This document shows positions 9,904 to 18,763 of a DNA stretch of 64,000 bases, piece by piece. Below the pieces are notes generated by a model that saw only the letters and a list, made by a program, of their open reading frames with translations, had not been told where the DNA came from and made no database searches. Positions within the stretch are counted from its first letter, which is position 1; every line of letters starts with the position of its first letter. The DNA is from Candidatus Bathyarchaeia archaeon. Its GTDB lineage: Archaea > Thermoproteota > Bathyarchaeia > Bathyarchaeales > Bathycorpusculaceae. Both the position numbers and the translations under genes were made by a program. The DNA is taken from assembly GCA_049969855.1 (NCBI GenBank), contig JBMFOB010000001.1:69906-133905 (forward strand), given 5' to 3'.

Positions 9904-10278
9904 TTACAACCCAAGAAGCCTAAAAGCAAAATACAAAGCCACATAAACCACTGCGGAAAACCCAAAAATCATTGCGATTATTTTTGGAGAAACGGAAATA
10001 AAAGGAGTCTCTTCGCCTTTAGGCTGTATCTCATACTCCTTAATTCCATGCGTTTCAGAGTCAACCTTAACCAAAGCTATAAACTTTTTCAATTCAACCT
10101 CAACAGTGTATATTCCCTCTTCCAATGAAACCCTCTTGGGCTTTAGGCTTCCCTTATTTCCAATCCTTTTTAGAAACCCAGTAGCAATGGTTGTCACAGT
10201 TTCAGCGTTTAACTCTCTTGTCTGAGGCGTGGCTGATGTAAGAGCGCCTAGCGCTTTTCTCTGAAGAGATGCCGACAA
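9904..10278 (-). CDS. Hypothetical protein with C-terminal TM anchor (PepSY-like alpha/beta domain possible)
   Basis: Helix plus beta-strand pattern (YTVEVE, VKVDSETHGIKEY), C-terminal hydrophobic helix; fold is inferred. Confidence 0.6.
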   Translation of the reverse strand: MSASLQRKALGALTSATPQTRELNAETVTTIATGFLKRIGNKGSLKPKRVSLEEGIYTVEVELKKFIALVKVDSETHGIKEYEIQPKGEETPFISVSPKIIAMIFGFSAVVYVALYFAFRLLGL

Positions 10279-10355
10279 TCATGTTGTCTCCTATATCAGT
10301 TTATACGAAGTTATTGGGTGTTTAAAAGGGAATGTGTGTATCATGGTTAACCAAC

Positions 10356-10754
10356 CTAACCAGTTACGTTCTTGAGCATGCATTGGACTATGTTTTCGCA
10401 CATCATACATTCTTCAGGGATTTTCTCCTTCGTTTTACGTTGGCTGAGATATCCAAAATGGTGGGGGCATCCTTGTTTCTTCGGCACTTGTAATGTTTCT
10501 TTTCCTTTTTGAACATTTACCTCTTGAACTTTAACGTCTACTTCAACCTCTGGCTTAGGATTTGTTTCAGTTATGGCAGCTTTTTCCTCCACTGCGATTT
10601 CGGTTAAGCAGTAGGGGCATGCATCATAAATTCTTGCATGTCTTGCGTTTAAATTTTCAACCTTGATTGGCGCCGTGAACACTTTTCCGCATGATGGATT
10701 TGGGCAAGTATAGCTTTGATTCTTCATTGTCGCATCTTTATTTTTTGTGATCAT
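10356..10754 (-). CDS. Double Zn-finger hypothetical protein
   Basis: N-terminal CPNPSC...CPYC and C-terminal CPHHFGYL...CMMC...C joined by a low-complexity linker; start may be the later MKNQ. Confidence 0.75.
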   Translation of the reverse strand: MITKNKDATMKNQSYTCPNPSCGKVFTAPIKVENLNARHARIYDACPYCLTEIAVEEKAAITETNPKPEVEVDVKVQEVNVQKGKETLQVPKKQGCPHHFGYLSQRKTKEKIPEECMMCENIVQCMLKNVTG

Positions 10755-11012
10755 TTTGTGATCATTGACCCTCCTTTAAAATAGAATCGGATTCCGAGTT
10801 TATAGTGTTAATGAATCCAGAATTAATATCATGGATATCTGCCAACAATTAAATTGAAACTCATGGAGAAGCACCTCTTACGTTTGACCTTTAAACCCTA
10901 AACAACGGCATTATAATGTTTAATAGGTTTCCAACAAAGCTTACAGAAAATTCAGATTTTAAATTCATAACTGTTTTTAATTTTTCAAATTCTAACATTC
11001 GCCATACTAAAG

Positions 11013-11210
11013 GTGAAGAATGTGTATATAGTATGGATAAAAATTGATGAAACCTTGCCAAAGATTGAGTTAAAAGGAGAATACCAAACAAGAAGCGAAG
11101 CAAAAAAGGCAGCACAACAAATCTTAAGCGACATAAAAGTTGAAATTGTAAACGCTTCAGAAAAGCGAGGCTCCATAAAAGCATTGGCAACAGCAAAGGC
11201 TATGCAATAA
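11013..11210 (+). CDS. Small hypothetical protein
   Basis: 65-aa ORF with protein-like composition filling the intergenic gap. Confidence 0.5.
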   Translation: MKNVYIVWIKIDETLPKIELKGEYQTRSEAKKAAQQILSDIKVEIVNASEKRGSIKALATAKAMQ

Positions 11211-11263
11211 TTGCCAATTTTCAGCTAATTTTTGCCAAGCCTGCTTTGTTACGTACTCTTTCA

Positions 11264-13942
11264 TTAGTTTTTCTTATTTAATTGCCCCTTAGCGCTAATC
11301 TTTCTAGGTGGCATTAGAACTTGTTCTAGGCGGTAGCCGTACCTTTTGTAAAACCAACTTTTAACGATTTCAGCTAAAGCTAGGTAGGCGCTGAGTATAG
11401 CCGCTAATGCAATGAAGAAGGTTTGCGGAGCCTTTACGAATTCAAAAATTGTTCCTAGTGGCGTATATGGCAATATTAATGCGAAGATTATTATCGCTAT
11501 ACTGCTTAGAACTAAGAGTCTGCTTGGTTTGCTTTTCCAGAAGGGTGACTTTTTGGTTCTAATAACAAAAATTACCAACGTTTGGGAAGCTAAGGATTCA
11601 AGGAACCAAGCAGTTTGGAACAACGGTTCAGTGGCGTTAAAAATGAAAAGCATTATAAAGAATGTTAAGAAATCGAAAAGGGAGCTTACAGGTCCCAAGC
11701 ATACCATAAACAGTCTGATGAAATGCATGTCCCACCTCTTCGGCTTCTCAATATATTCTTGGTCAACTTCATCCATAGGTATTGTTGACTGAGACAAGTC
11801 GTAGAGGAGGTTGTTGAGCAATACCTGTGTCGGACGCATAGGCAGAAACGGCAAGAATAGGGATGCTCCAGCCATGCTGAACATATTTCCAAAGTTTGAA
11901 CTCACACCCATCATAATATACTTCATAGTGTTGCCGAAGGTTTTTCTACCCTCCAAAACTCCGTCATGAAGCACTGTCAAATCAGTTCGCAAGAGTATAA
12001 TGTCAGCTGACTCCTTTGCAACATCAACCGCATTATCCACCGATATGCCGACATCTGCGCTTCTCATCGGTGGTGCATCGTTTATTCCATCTCCTAAAAA
12101 CCCTACTACATGGCCGTTATTCTTTAAAGCATTTATTATGCGGTCTTTTTGGGCTGGAGTGACTCTGCAGAAGACATTAGCCTCTTCAACAACCCTTGCA
12201 AGGGCATCATCGCCTGCTTGAGCGATTTCATTCCCAGTGACTATCCCTTTAATCTCAAAGCCTAAATATTCGCAAACTTTTCGGGTTACCAGTTCATTGT
12301 CGCCCGTGAGGATTTTCAGCTCGACGCCTTCGTTTTTCAAGAGTTGCAGAGAATCCTTAGCTGTTTCTTTTGGAGGGTCCAAGAAGGCGATAAAGCCTAA
12401 AAACACCATGTCAAATTCGTCGTTGACAGAATAAACAGCCTTTTCTTCTCTTAGACGCTTGTAAGCAACACTTAAAACTCTAAAGCCTTCAGCGCTTAAC
12501 TCAATGTATTTCTGCTCAATTTTTCTGCGCACTTCCTCTGTTATGTCGGCAATAACATTCTCAACTTCGTAATAAGAGCAGATTTTAGCGATTTCTTCTG
12601 GGGCGCCTTTAGTAATCATAAATCGCTGATTTTGATATTCAATTACTATGGAGAGGCGTTTTCGTACGAAATCAAATGGCACCTCATCAATTTTTATGTA
12701 TTCCTTCACGTCTATGTCTCTAAACTTTAGCACTGCCTCGTCAAGGGGACTCCTCAATCCTGTTTGAAAATGACTGTTTAGATACGAGTAGAGTATCACT
12801 TTCTCGCTTTCATCTCCATTGATATCCACATGAAGGACAAGCTTTATTCTGTTCTCGGTCAATGTTCCAGTTTTATCTGTGCATAAGACATCCATGCTGC
12901 CAAAATTCTGTATAGAGACTAAACGCTTTACAATGACACCTTTCTTAGACATTGCAATGGCTCCTTTAGAAAGATTAACCGATATTATCATCGGCAAAAG
13001 TTCAGGTGTTAAGCCTACAGCCAAAGCCACTGCAAAAAGAAGCGAGTCAAGCACACTGCGCATGTAAAGGGCATTTATGAAAAAAACAAACAGAACAAGC
13101 AAAAATGTAACTTGCATTATCATATAACCAAAACTTCTAATTCCCCTCTGAAATTCTGTTTCTGGCTCCCTTGATACAAGCCTCTTCGCAATTTTCCCAA
13201 ACTCTGTAAGGCTTCCAGTTTTCACCACAACGGCAGTTGCGGTTCCGCTTACAACAGATGTCCCCATGAAAAGATAGTTATTCCACTCCGTGATTGCAGA
13301 CACGTATGATTTCAATGGAACAGCTGTCTTTTCAACAGGAAACGATTCGCCAGTCAACACAGACTGGTTCACGAACAAATCCTTTGCACTAATTACCCTA
13401 GCATCCGCTGGCACTATGTCGCCTGCTGAAAGGTATATTATGTCGCCCGGAACTATCTCGGAAAGCTTAACCTCACGTTTAACGCCGTCCCTCACCGTAG
13501 TTGCTGTGGTTGCCACCCTCTGTTTCAACATTTCAGCAGCACTTTCAGCCCTAAACTCTTGATAAAAATCTAAAATAACACTTAACATTACTATTGCGAA
13601 TATTATAATAGTGTTGATGACCTCTCCAAAAAAGCCTGAAATCAGCCCAGCAACTAAAAGGATAATTATTAAAGGACTCTTAAAATGAGAAAGAAAATCA
13701 ACGACAACTATCCTTTTCTTTTTCTTAACAATTTCATTGTAACCATATACTCTTATGCGTTCCTCAGCTTCTTCGGAAGAGAGCCCTAACAAAGAAGTGT
13801 TTAAACGAGTAAAAAGCTCTTGAACTGGTAGAGTTAGAAGCTCTTCTGTACTCGGCAGAACCCGGCTTACAATCTCGTTCCCATCTAGTTTCTCTTGGTT
13901 TTGTAGCTTCATCGTTTTCACCGCCCATTTCTCTTGAACCAT
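11264..13942 (-). CDS. mgtA: Magnesium-translocating P-type ATPase
   Basis: LTGES, VGLTPE, DKTGTLT, KGAPEE, TGD, GDGIND, SSNFGNMFS, NNLLYD. Confidence 0.93.
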   Translation of the reverse strand: MVQEKWAVKTMKLQNQEKLDGNEIVSRVLPSTEELLTLPVQELFTRLNTSLLGLSSEEAEERIRVYGYNEIVKKKKRIVVVDFLSHFKSPLIIILLVAGLISGFFGEVINTIIIFAIVMLSVILDFYQEFRAESAAEMLKQRVATTATTVRDGVKREVKLSEIVPGDIIYLSAGDIVPADARVISAKDLFVNQSVLTGESFPVEKTAVPLKSYVSAITEWNNYLFMGTSVVSGTATAVVVKTGSLTEFGKIAKRLVSREPETEFQRGIRSFGYMIMQVTFLLVLFVFFINALYMRSVLDSLLFAVALAVGLTPELLPMIISVNLSKGAIAMSKKGVIVKRLVSIQNFGSMDVLCTDKTGTLTENRIKLVLHVDINGDESEKVILYSYLNSHFQTGLRSPLDEAVLKFRDIDVKEYIKIDEVPFDFVRKRLSIVIEYQNQRFMITKGAPEEIAKICSYYEVENVIADITEEVRRKIEQKYIELSAEGFRVLSVAYKRLREEKAVYSVNDEFDMVFLGFIAFLDPPKETAKDSLQLLKNEGVELKILTGDNELVTRKVCEYLGFEIKGIVTGNEIAQAGDDALARVVEEANVFCRVTPAQKDRIINALKNNGHVVGFLGDGINDAPPMRSADVGISVDNAVDVAKESADIILLRTDLTVLHDGVLEGRKTFGNTMKYIMMGVSSNFGNMFSMAGASLFLPFLPMRPTQVLLNNLLYDLSQSTIPMDEVDQEYIEKPKRWDMHFIRLFMVCLGPVSSLFDFLTFFIMLFIFNATEPLFQTAWFLESLASQTLVIFVIRTKKSPFWKSKPSRLLVLSSIAIIIFALILPYTPLGTIFEFVKAPQTFFIALAAILSAYLALAEIVKSWFYKRYGYRLEQVLMPPRKISAKGQLNKKN

Positions 13943-14088
13943 CCCTTATAGATGAACCAGTATACCTACACCTCTCTGCGTTCTTAAAATTGTTTCTATA
14001 AATCATTTAGCGGTAAATCTTGCATATCATTTTTAATTGAAAAACCGGAAAGAGAAACTGAAAATTTAACATCAACAGTAAACACAAG

Positions 14089-14109
14089 CGCCGGAGAAGG
14101 GATTTCAAC
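14089..14109 (-). repeat. Degenerate copy of tRNA-Ser 3' end (att-like)
   Basis: cgccggagaagggatttcaac vs cgccggggaagggattcgaac at 16110-16130: 18/21 identical, same orientation. Confidence 0.65.
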
Positions 14110-14490
14110 ACCAATTTATCAGTAAAGAGTTCGACACCCTCCCGAGCTACCACAAAAACATTGCTTTTAACGTTATTCGCTGAATTGGCTTGCGAGAAAT
14201 GGTTTATCAATTGTTTAAGCGCCGTTCCTAGATATTATATGACATTTCTTTTGTTTTTCATTTGGCAAAAATTCAGTCTTTGAACCCTAGGGAAAGGGGA
14301 TAATTGCTGAAGCTAAGATTCCCTTGCTGCAATCATGGAGAAGTAACCGTTAGCAAAATGTTTAACTCTTAAAAAGGCGAAGTTTAATGGTTAAGCAACT
14401 GACTGTGTTGGAGGCGCGTCACCATTTATGGATAAAGAAATCCCAGAAAGAGAATATAGCGCGAAAGGGAAAGTATCTAGGTTTGAGTAG

Positions 14491-15078
14491 GTGTTAAAAG
14501 TGGATGATAAAATCGGTCTCGGTAGCATGGTTGGAATAGGAATGATGTGCGTGATGCTTGGATTTCTAGGTTGGCTACATGCTAACTTCTTGTTCGAAAG
14601 ATTAAGTTACGTGTTTGGATTTGTGGGAATAGACACCAGCCATTATATATCCGCCGACCTTGGTGAAATAATGCGGATTTATGTGGGCTTTATTATAACT
14701 GGGTGTGTGTTTCTATTCTTTGGTTCTTTAGGAATAAAAAAGAAATTGAAGAACAACACAATCAATCTAGGAATTACACTGGTTCTTGGTCCGACCCTTG
14801 CGTTTCTAGGCGTAATCAATTGGGTTGATTTGAGCTTCTATATGCTGGGTTTAATGTTCGTGCTTATGAGCGTTTCATTCACAAAATACAGGGCATATGC
14901 CAAATACTATGTTCCCGCGATCCTGATTTGCGGAGTCATAATTACAATGTTGGGGTACCATCTTTTACACGCCATACACTGCGGGCTTGTCTATGCGACA
15001 GGTATAAGCGTGCTTGCTAGTGGAGTGATTAACCTTATCTTAGTCGAGAAAACTAGAGAGAAAGGTCTTTTCAGCTAA
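14491..15078 (+). CDS. Hypothetical polytopic membrane protein
   Basis: About six hydrophobic segments; no recognised family. Confidence 0.65.
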   Translation: MLKVDDKIGLGSMVGIGMMCVMLGFLGWLHANFLFERLSYVFGFVGIDTSHYISADLGEIMRIYVGFIITGCVFLFFGSLGIKKKLKNNTINLGITLVLGPTLAFLGVINWVDLSFYMLGLMFVLMSVSFTKYRAYAKYYVPAILICGVIITMLGYHLLHAIHCGLVYATGISVLASGVINLILVEKTREKGLFS

Positions 15079-15142
15079 AAATGGGAAAGAATGCAACCAC
15101 AACCGTAATAAGCTGACCAGTAGAACTCAATAAGAGGGTTGC

Positions 15143-15415
15143 ATGAAATATACAAAACACGCAAAAGCCAGAGCAGCTGAAAGGGGTATAACTGAGGACA
15201 TGATTTTGGAAGCGATATTGCAACCCTCCCAGACATATTATGACTTAAGCACTGGAACAACAATCGTCTTCAAGAAGCTTAATGGGAAGTATCTTTTAGT
15301 AGCATACTCTAAAGAGAATAAGGAAATCAAAATTGTAACAACGTTTATAACATCAAACGCCCAAGAAATAATTAGCAGAAAACTGGAAAGCAGAACATGG
15401 GTGAGGATTAAGTGA
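15143..15415 (+). CDS. DUF4258 family putative toxin (RelE/BrnT-like RNase fold)
   Basis: YTKHAKARAAERGIT...IVTTF pattern; GTGA overlap with the next gene. Confidence 0.8.
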   Translation: MKYTKHAKARAAERGITEDMILEAILQPSQTYYDLSTGTTIVFKKLNGKYLLVAYSKENKEIKIVTTFITSNAQEIISRKLESRTWVRIK

Positions 15416-15633
15416 AAGTGGAATATGACAGAGAATCCGACATATTATACATAAAGTTTAAAGAGTCAGAAATAGCAGATACTAAAATATTAGGTGAAGA
15501 CGCCTACATAGACTTAGACAAAGACGGAAACCTAGTTGGCATAGAAATATGGAAAGCCTCCCAAAACGCCATACTCCCAATATCAAAAGACATAGCCGAA
15601 AAACTAAAACTAATTTTAGAAAACCCCGCCTAA
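15412..15633 (+). CDS. DUF2283 family putative antitoxin
   Basis: YDRESDILYI...DLDKDGNLVGIEI signature. Confidence 0.85.
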   Translation: MKVEYDRESDILYIKFKESEIADTKILGEDAYIDLDKDGNLVGIEIWKASQNAILPISKDIAEKLKLILENPA

Positions 15634-16109
15634 AGCAAAATAAAAGCCTTCCAACAAAATCTAAATTAATTCTCAACCGCTAAACGCTAACTTCTAGATT
15701 TTTGATTTCTGTTAGCGTCTCCTAACAGAAAATGCTTAAATAAAAGTGGAGTGAGTTGTGCAAAAAGGTTTGTTATTACATATTGAGGTTGACTTTGTCT
15801 ACCCTTAAGGATTTATCGATAATAGTGATATTTTCTTGGAAGCCTAGTTCAAGTCCACATAGGCTCTTGTTTCTTAAACATAGCGATGTCTGGAGTGGCG
15901 GAATCTTTCTGTTAGTCGCTGTTAAGGGAATTTAAAACCATGAGAAAGTCTTCTGTAAGGGTTAAATGCTATTGGGGAAGTTGTTGTAAGAACTTACAGC
16001 AAGCCACAACCAGATTCAAGTTTACTATTTCAATAAATCTCATTATACGCTCTAAAAAAAGGCTATTTATCAAAACAAAGCGCAAAATTAACCCAAAACG
16101 TTAAAATGA

Positions 16110-16229
16110 CGCCGGGGAAGGGATTCGAACCCTTGCGAGCCCGAAGGCCCACTGGCTTACCTGTTCTCATCTAGCCCTTCTTTCAATTTGATCTCGAGGC
16201 CAGCGCGTTAACCGCTCCGCCACCCCGGC
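16110..16229 (-). tRNA. tRNA-Ser(CGA) with 35-nt intron at 37/38 (16158-16192)
   Basis: GCCGGGG/CCCCGGC acceptor stem, CTGGC-CT-CGA-GA-GCCAG anticodon arm after intron removal, long variable arm, AAGGG-TTCGAAT-CCCTT T arm; CCA not encoded. Confidence 0.93.
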
Positions 16230-16265
16230 GAAAGGAATTAGTTGTTTGTCTTCTAAAAAGGGTTT

Positions 16266-17090
16266 TCATCGGGTTAATAGTGAAGGGAAAAGCCACTGTT
16301 TCTTCTTTTCGTGTTTTTTCTTGTCCCATTCATAAAGGATTTTTGTTGCTTCGTTTGCAATTTTTATGGCGTTCTCTTCGCCTGCTCCGGGCTTAAATTT
16401 GTTTGTGCATCTGTTAGCGTAAACAGCACATATGGAGCCTGCTCTTAATCCGTAAAGATTTGCTAGAGTGAACAGTGTGGCTGTTTCCATTTCAAAGTTT
16501 AAAACTTTCGCCTTCTGCAAAGTTGAAAGCAAATCTTCCATGTGCTGTGGATAATTCTTTATTGTTGGGCGCCTTTGTCCGGCGTAAAAATCTGCTGTTG
16601 TCGCAGTCACGCCTACATGATAATTGCTTATGCCAAGGCTTTCAGCAGCCTCAATCAAAGCCAACAAAACTTCATAGTTCGCCACAGCAGGATACTCGGG
16701 CATGATGTAACAGTTACTCGTGTAATCCAAGCGTACAGCAGCCGAAGAAATAATCACGTCACCACAGTTTATGTCTTCCTGTATAGCGCCAGTACTACCC
16801 ACACGAATAAAAGTATGCACACCAATACGCGAAGCCTCATTGACAACAATAGCCATACAAGCGGGACCAATACCACTTGAAAGAGCAGAAAGCGGAACGC
16901 CTTTATATTTGCCTGTGAAACTTCGAAACTCACGGTGACAAGAAACTTCCTTGGCAGAATCCCAAAAAGAGGCAATTTTTGGAACTCGTTCCGGGTCGCC
17001 GGGCACAAGCAAATACTCGGCTAAGTCGCCTCTTTCACATGCAATATGATATTGCTTGCTAGGAAACATTGAGTGCATCATATTCACCAT
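16266..17090 (-). CDS. udp: Uridine/nucleoside phosphorylase
   Basis: LVPGDPERV, SGIG, IRVGSTG, FYAGQ, NFEMET. Confidence 0.88.
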   Translation of the reverse strand: MVNMMHSMFPSKQYHIACERGDLAEYLLVPGDPERVPKIASFWDSAKEVSCHREFRSFTGKYKGVPLSALSSGIGPACMAIVVNEASRIGVHTFIRVGSTGAIQEDINCGDVIISSAAVRLDYTSNCYIMPEYPAVANYEVLLALIEAAESLGISNYHVGVTATTADFYAGQRRPTIKNYPQHMEDLLSTLQKAKVLNFEMETATLFTLANLYGLRAGSICAVYANRCTNKFKPGAGEENAIKIANEATKILYEWDKKKHEKKKQWLFPSLLTR

Positions 17091-17098
17091 GATGGAAA

Positions 17099-18082
17099 TT
17101 AATCCTTTTTTGGCATCGCCAAATCCGCTATGTCCACACTGTGTTCATAGATTTGTCTTAACATTGACGCTGCAGCAAGGATATTAGGCATAATATCCAA
17201 GGGTTGTTCTTTTGCAACCTTTTCTATGCTGGCAAATATTTTTTCAACCTTCTCCCTAACACCACGCACGTTTTCAGCTAAACCCACATCGCCTGTCAGA
17301 AAAGCCTTCAAAGCATCCTCATGAGCTTGGAAACAAGCAAGGTGAAGCTCAACGAAAGTTTTCTTAAAGTTTTCAGCTAACGTTTTTCCTTTTAACTCGT
17401 TTGTTTTTAACGCCATCCGAACACATTCATCACCGATGGCTTCAACCAAACTTGCTACAAGGCGATAGTCTAAGCATTCAATTGGGCGAACTCCAAGTTT
17501 CTCGCTGAGGCTTGGGTTTTGAATTATTGTGCGAAGAATACGAACCAAAAGGAAATATAGCCTGTTAACCTCGTCGTCGCGGGCTATAACACCCTTTGCC
17601 AAATGCAAGTCTCCATCAACCAAGGCGTTAACAACATCACGGTGCATGCCAGCAGCAATAGTATAACCTCTTCGAAGAATTTTTTCAGGCGGAAAACCAG
17701 AGGGCTCCAGCAAGCATTGCAAAACTATTCGTGAATAATCTTCCTCCACAATTTCTAATCCAATAAGTCGACTAACAGCATTCTTAACTATATCACGAAC
17801 CTCAAAACTAATACGCTCTTTAGTCTCAATAGTAATAATATCGAACCCCAACAGGTACTTAGCTATGATTTCACGATTCAAATAAGGGCTAGGCCCCAAA
17901 GTAACCGTGCGCGGAGAAAACTCAGTCCCATATTCGGGATCTATCAGAAGTTTGCCTTCGCTGGTTTCACTGACAGCAACCACAGAGCCTGGTTTAAAGC
18001 CGTGGCGTTCAGCCCAACGTTTGGGTAAACAAACGAAAAATGTGCCGCTTGGAGTGCGTTGAACTTTGCGTAACTCACTCAT
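17099..18082 (-). CDS. AbrB-domain PhoU-family phosphate uptake regulator
   Basis: RKVQRTPSGTFFVCLPKRW AbrB N-terminus plus PhoU repeats (RDDEVNRLY); start moved to MSELRKVQ. Confidence 0.85.
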   Translation of the reverse strand: MSELRKVQRTPSGTFFVCLPKRWAERHGFKPGSVVAVSETSEGKLLIDPEYGTEFSPRTVTLGPSPYLNREIIAKYLLGFDIITIETKERISFEVRDIVKNAVSRLIGLEIVEEDYSRIVLQCLLEPSGFPPEKILRRGYTIAAGMHRDVVNALVDGDLHLAKGVIARDDEVNRLYFLLVRILRTIIQNPSLSEKLGVRPIECLDYRLVASLVEAIGDECVRMALKTNELKGKTLAENFKKTFVELHLACFQAHEDALKAFLTGDVGLAENVRGVREKVEKIFASIEKVAKEQPLDIMPNILAAASMLRQIYEHSVDIADLAMPKKD

Positions 18083-18166
18083 CCTAACCACCAACGGTAA
18101 AGTTGCTTCGCAAGCCATAATATAAACGCATCTAAATAAAAACCTAAAGTACAAATGTAAATGTGA

Positions 18167-18763
18167 GTGTTAGAATTGAAAATGCTAATTATAATAGGTA
18201 TAGACCTAGCCGGAAGCTCAAAAAATCCAACAGGATGGGCTTTATGGAAAAATAAAACAGTAAAGACAAAATTAGTTTATACAAACAAGGAAATCATAGA
18301 GAGCGTTGTAACCGATAAGCCCTCTATAATTGCAATAGATGCCCCCTTAAGGCTTCCAAAAAAGGGGATTTTAAGAAGCGTCGATAAAGAAATGATAAAG
18401 AGGGGGTATAGAGTTTTTCCGCCAACTCTTCCAGCAATGAAAAAGCTGACATTACGGGCTATAAGAATAAACAAGTTAATAGTGGAGAAGGGATACAAGA
18501 CAATAGAAGTGCATCCGACATCAACGCGGAAAGCCTTGGACATGCCATTAAAAGATTGGGGAAAAATTCAAACACTCTTAAAGGATATAGGATTGAAAGG
18601 AGACATTGAAACACCCCATTTAACGCCTCACGAAATAGACGCCGTAACCGCGGCTCTAACTGCATACCTTCAAATACAAAATCAAACAGAATCCATTGGT
18701 GATGAGGAAGAAGGCTACATAATCGTCCCTAAAAGGTTGAATTGGAGAACCCTCAAAATATGA
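18167..18763 (+). CDS. DUF429 family predicted RNase H-fold nuclease
   Basis: GIDLAG, AIDAPL, EVHP, HEIDAVTAA; ATGA overlap with DP1; start may be 18182. Confidence 0.85.
   Translation: MLELKMLIIIGIDLAGSSKNPTGWALWKNKTVKTKLVYTNKEIIESVVTDKPSIIAIDAPLRLPKKGILRSVDKEMIKRGYRVFPPTLPAMKKLTLRAIRINKLIVEKGYKTIEVHPTSTRKALDMPLKDWGKIQTLLKDIGLKGDIETPHLTPHEIDAVTAALTAYLQIQNQTESIGDEEEGYIIVPKRLNWRTLKI

Larger units (their letters stand above)
14089..16130. mobile_element. Remnant tRNA-Ser-integrated islet (~2 kb, no integrase)
   Basis: Bounded by the tRNA 3' end and its degenerate copy; carries a TA pair and an orphan membrane protein; long non-coding flanks. Confidence 0.5.

Noticed and set aside
13943-14490. 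Mg2+ riboswitch or leader peptide upstream of mgtA; ORF 14007..14210
   Set aside because: No recognisable M-box or MgtL features by eye; region better explained by att-like scars. An Rfam scan would settle it.
15707-15730. Hairpin TTCTGTTAG-N6-CTAACAGAA after the TA pair
   Set aside because: Real 9-bp inverted repeat, but single copy with no T-tract or transposon-end partner; cannot assign a function.
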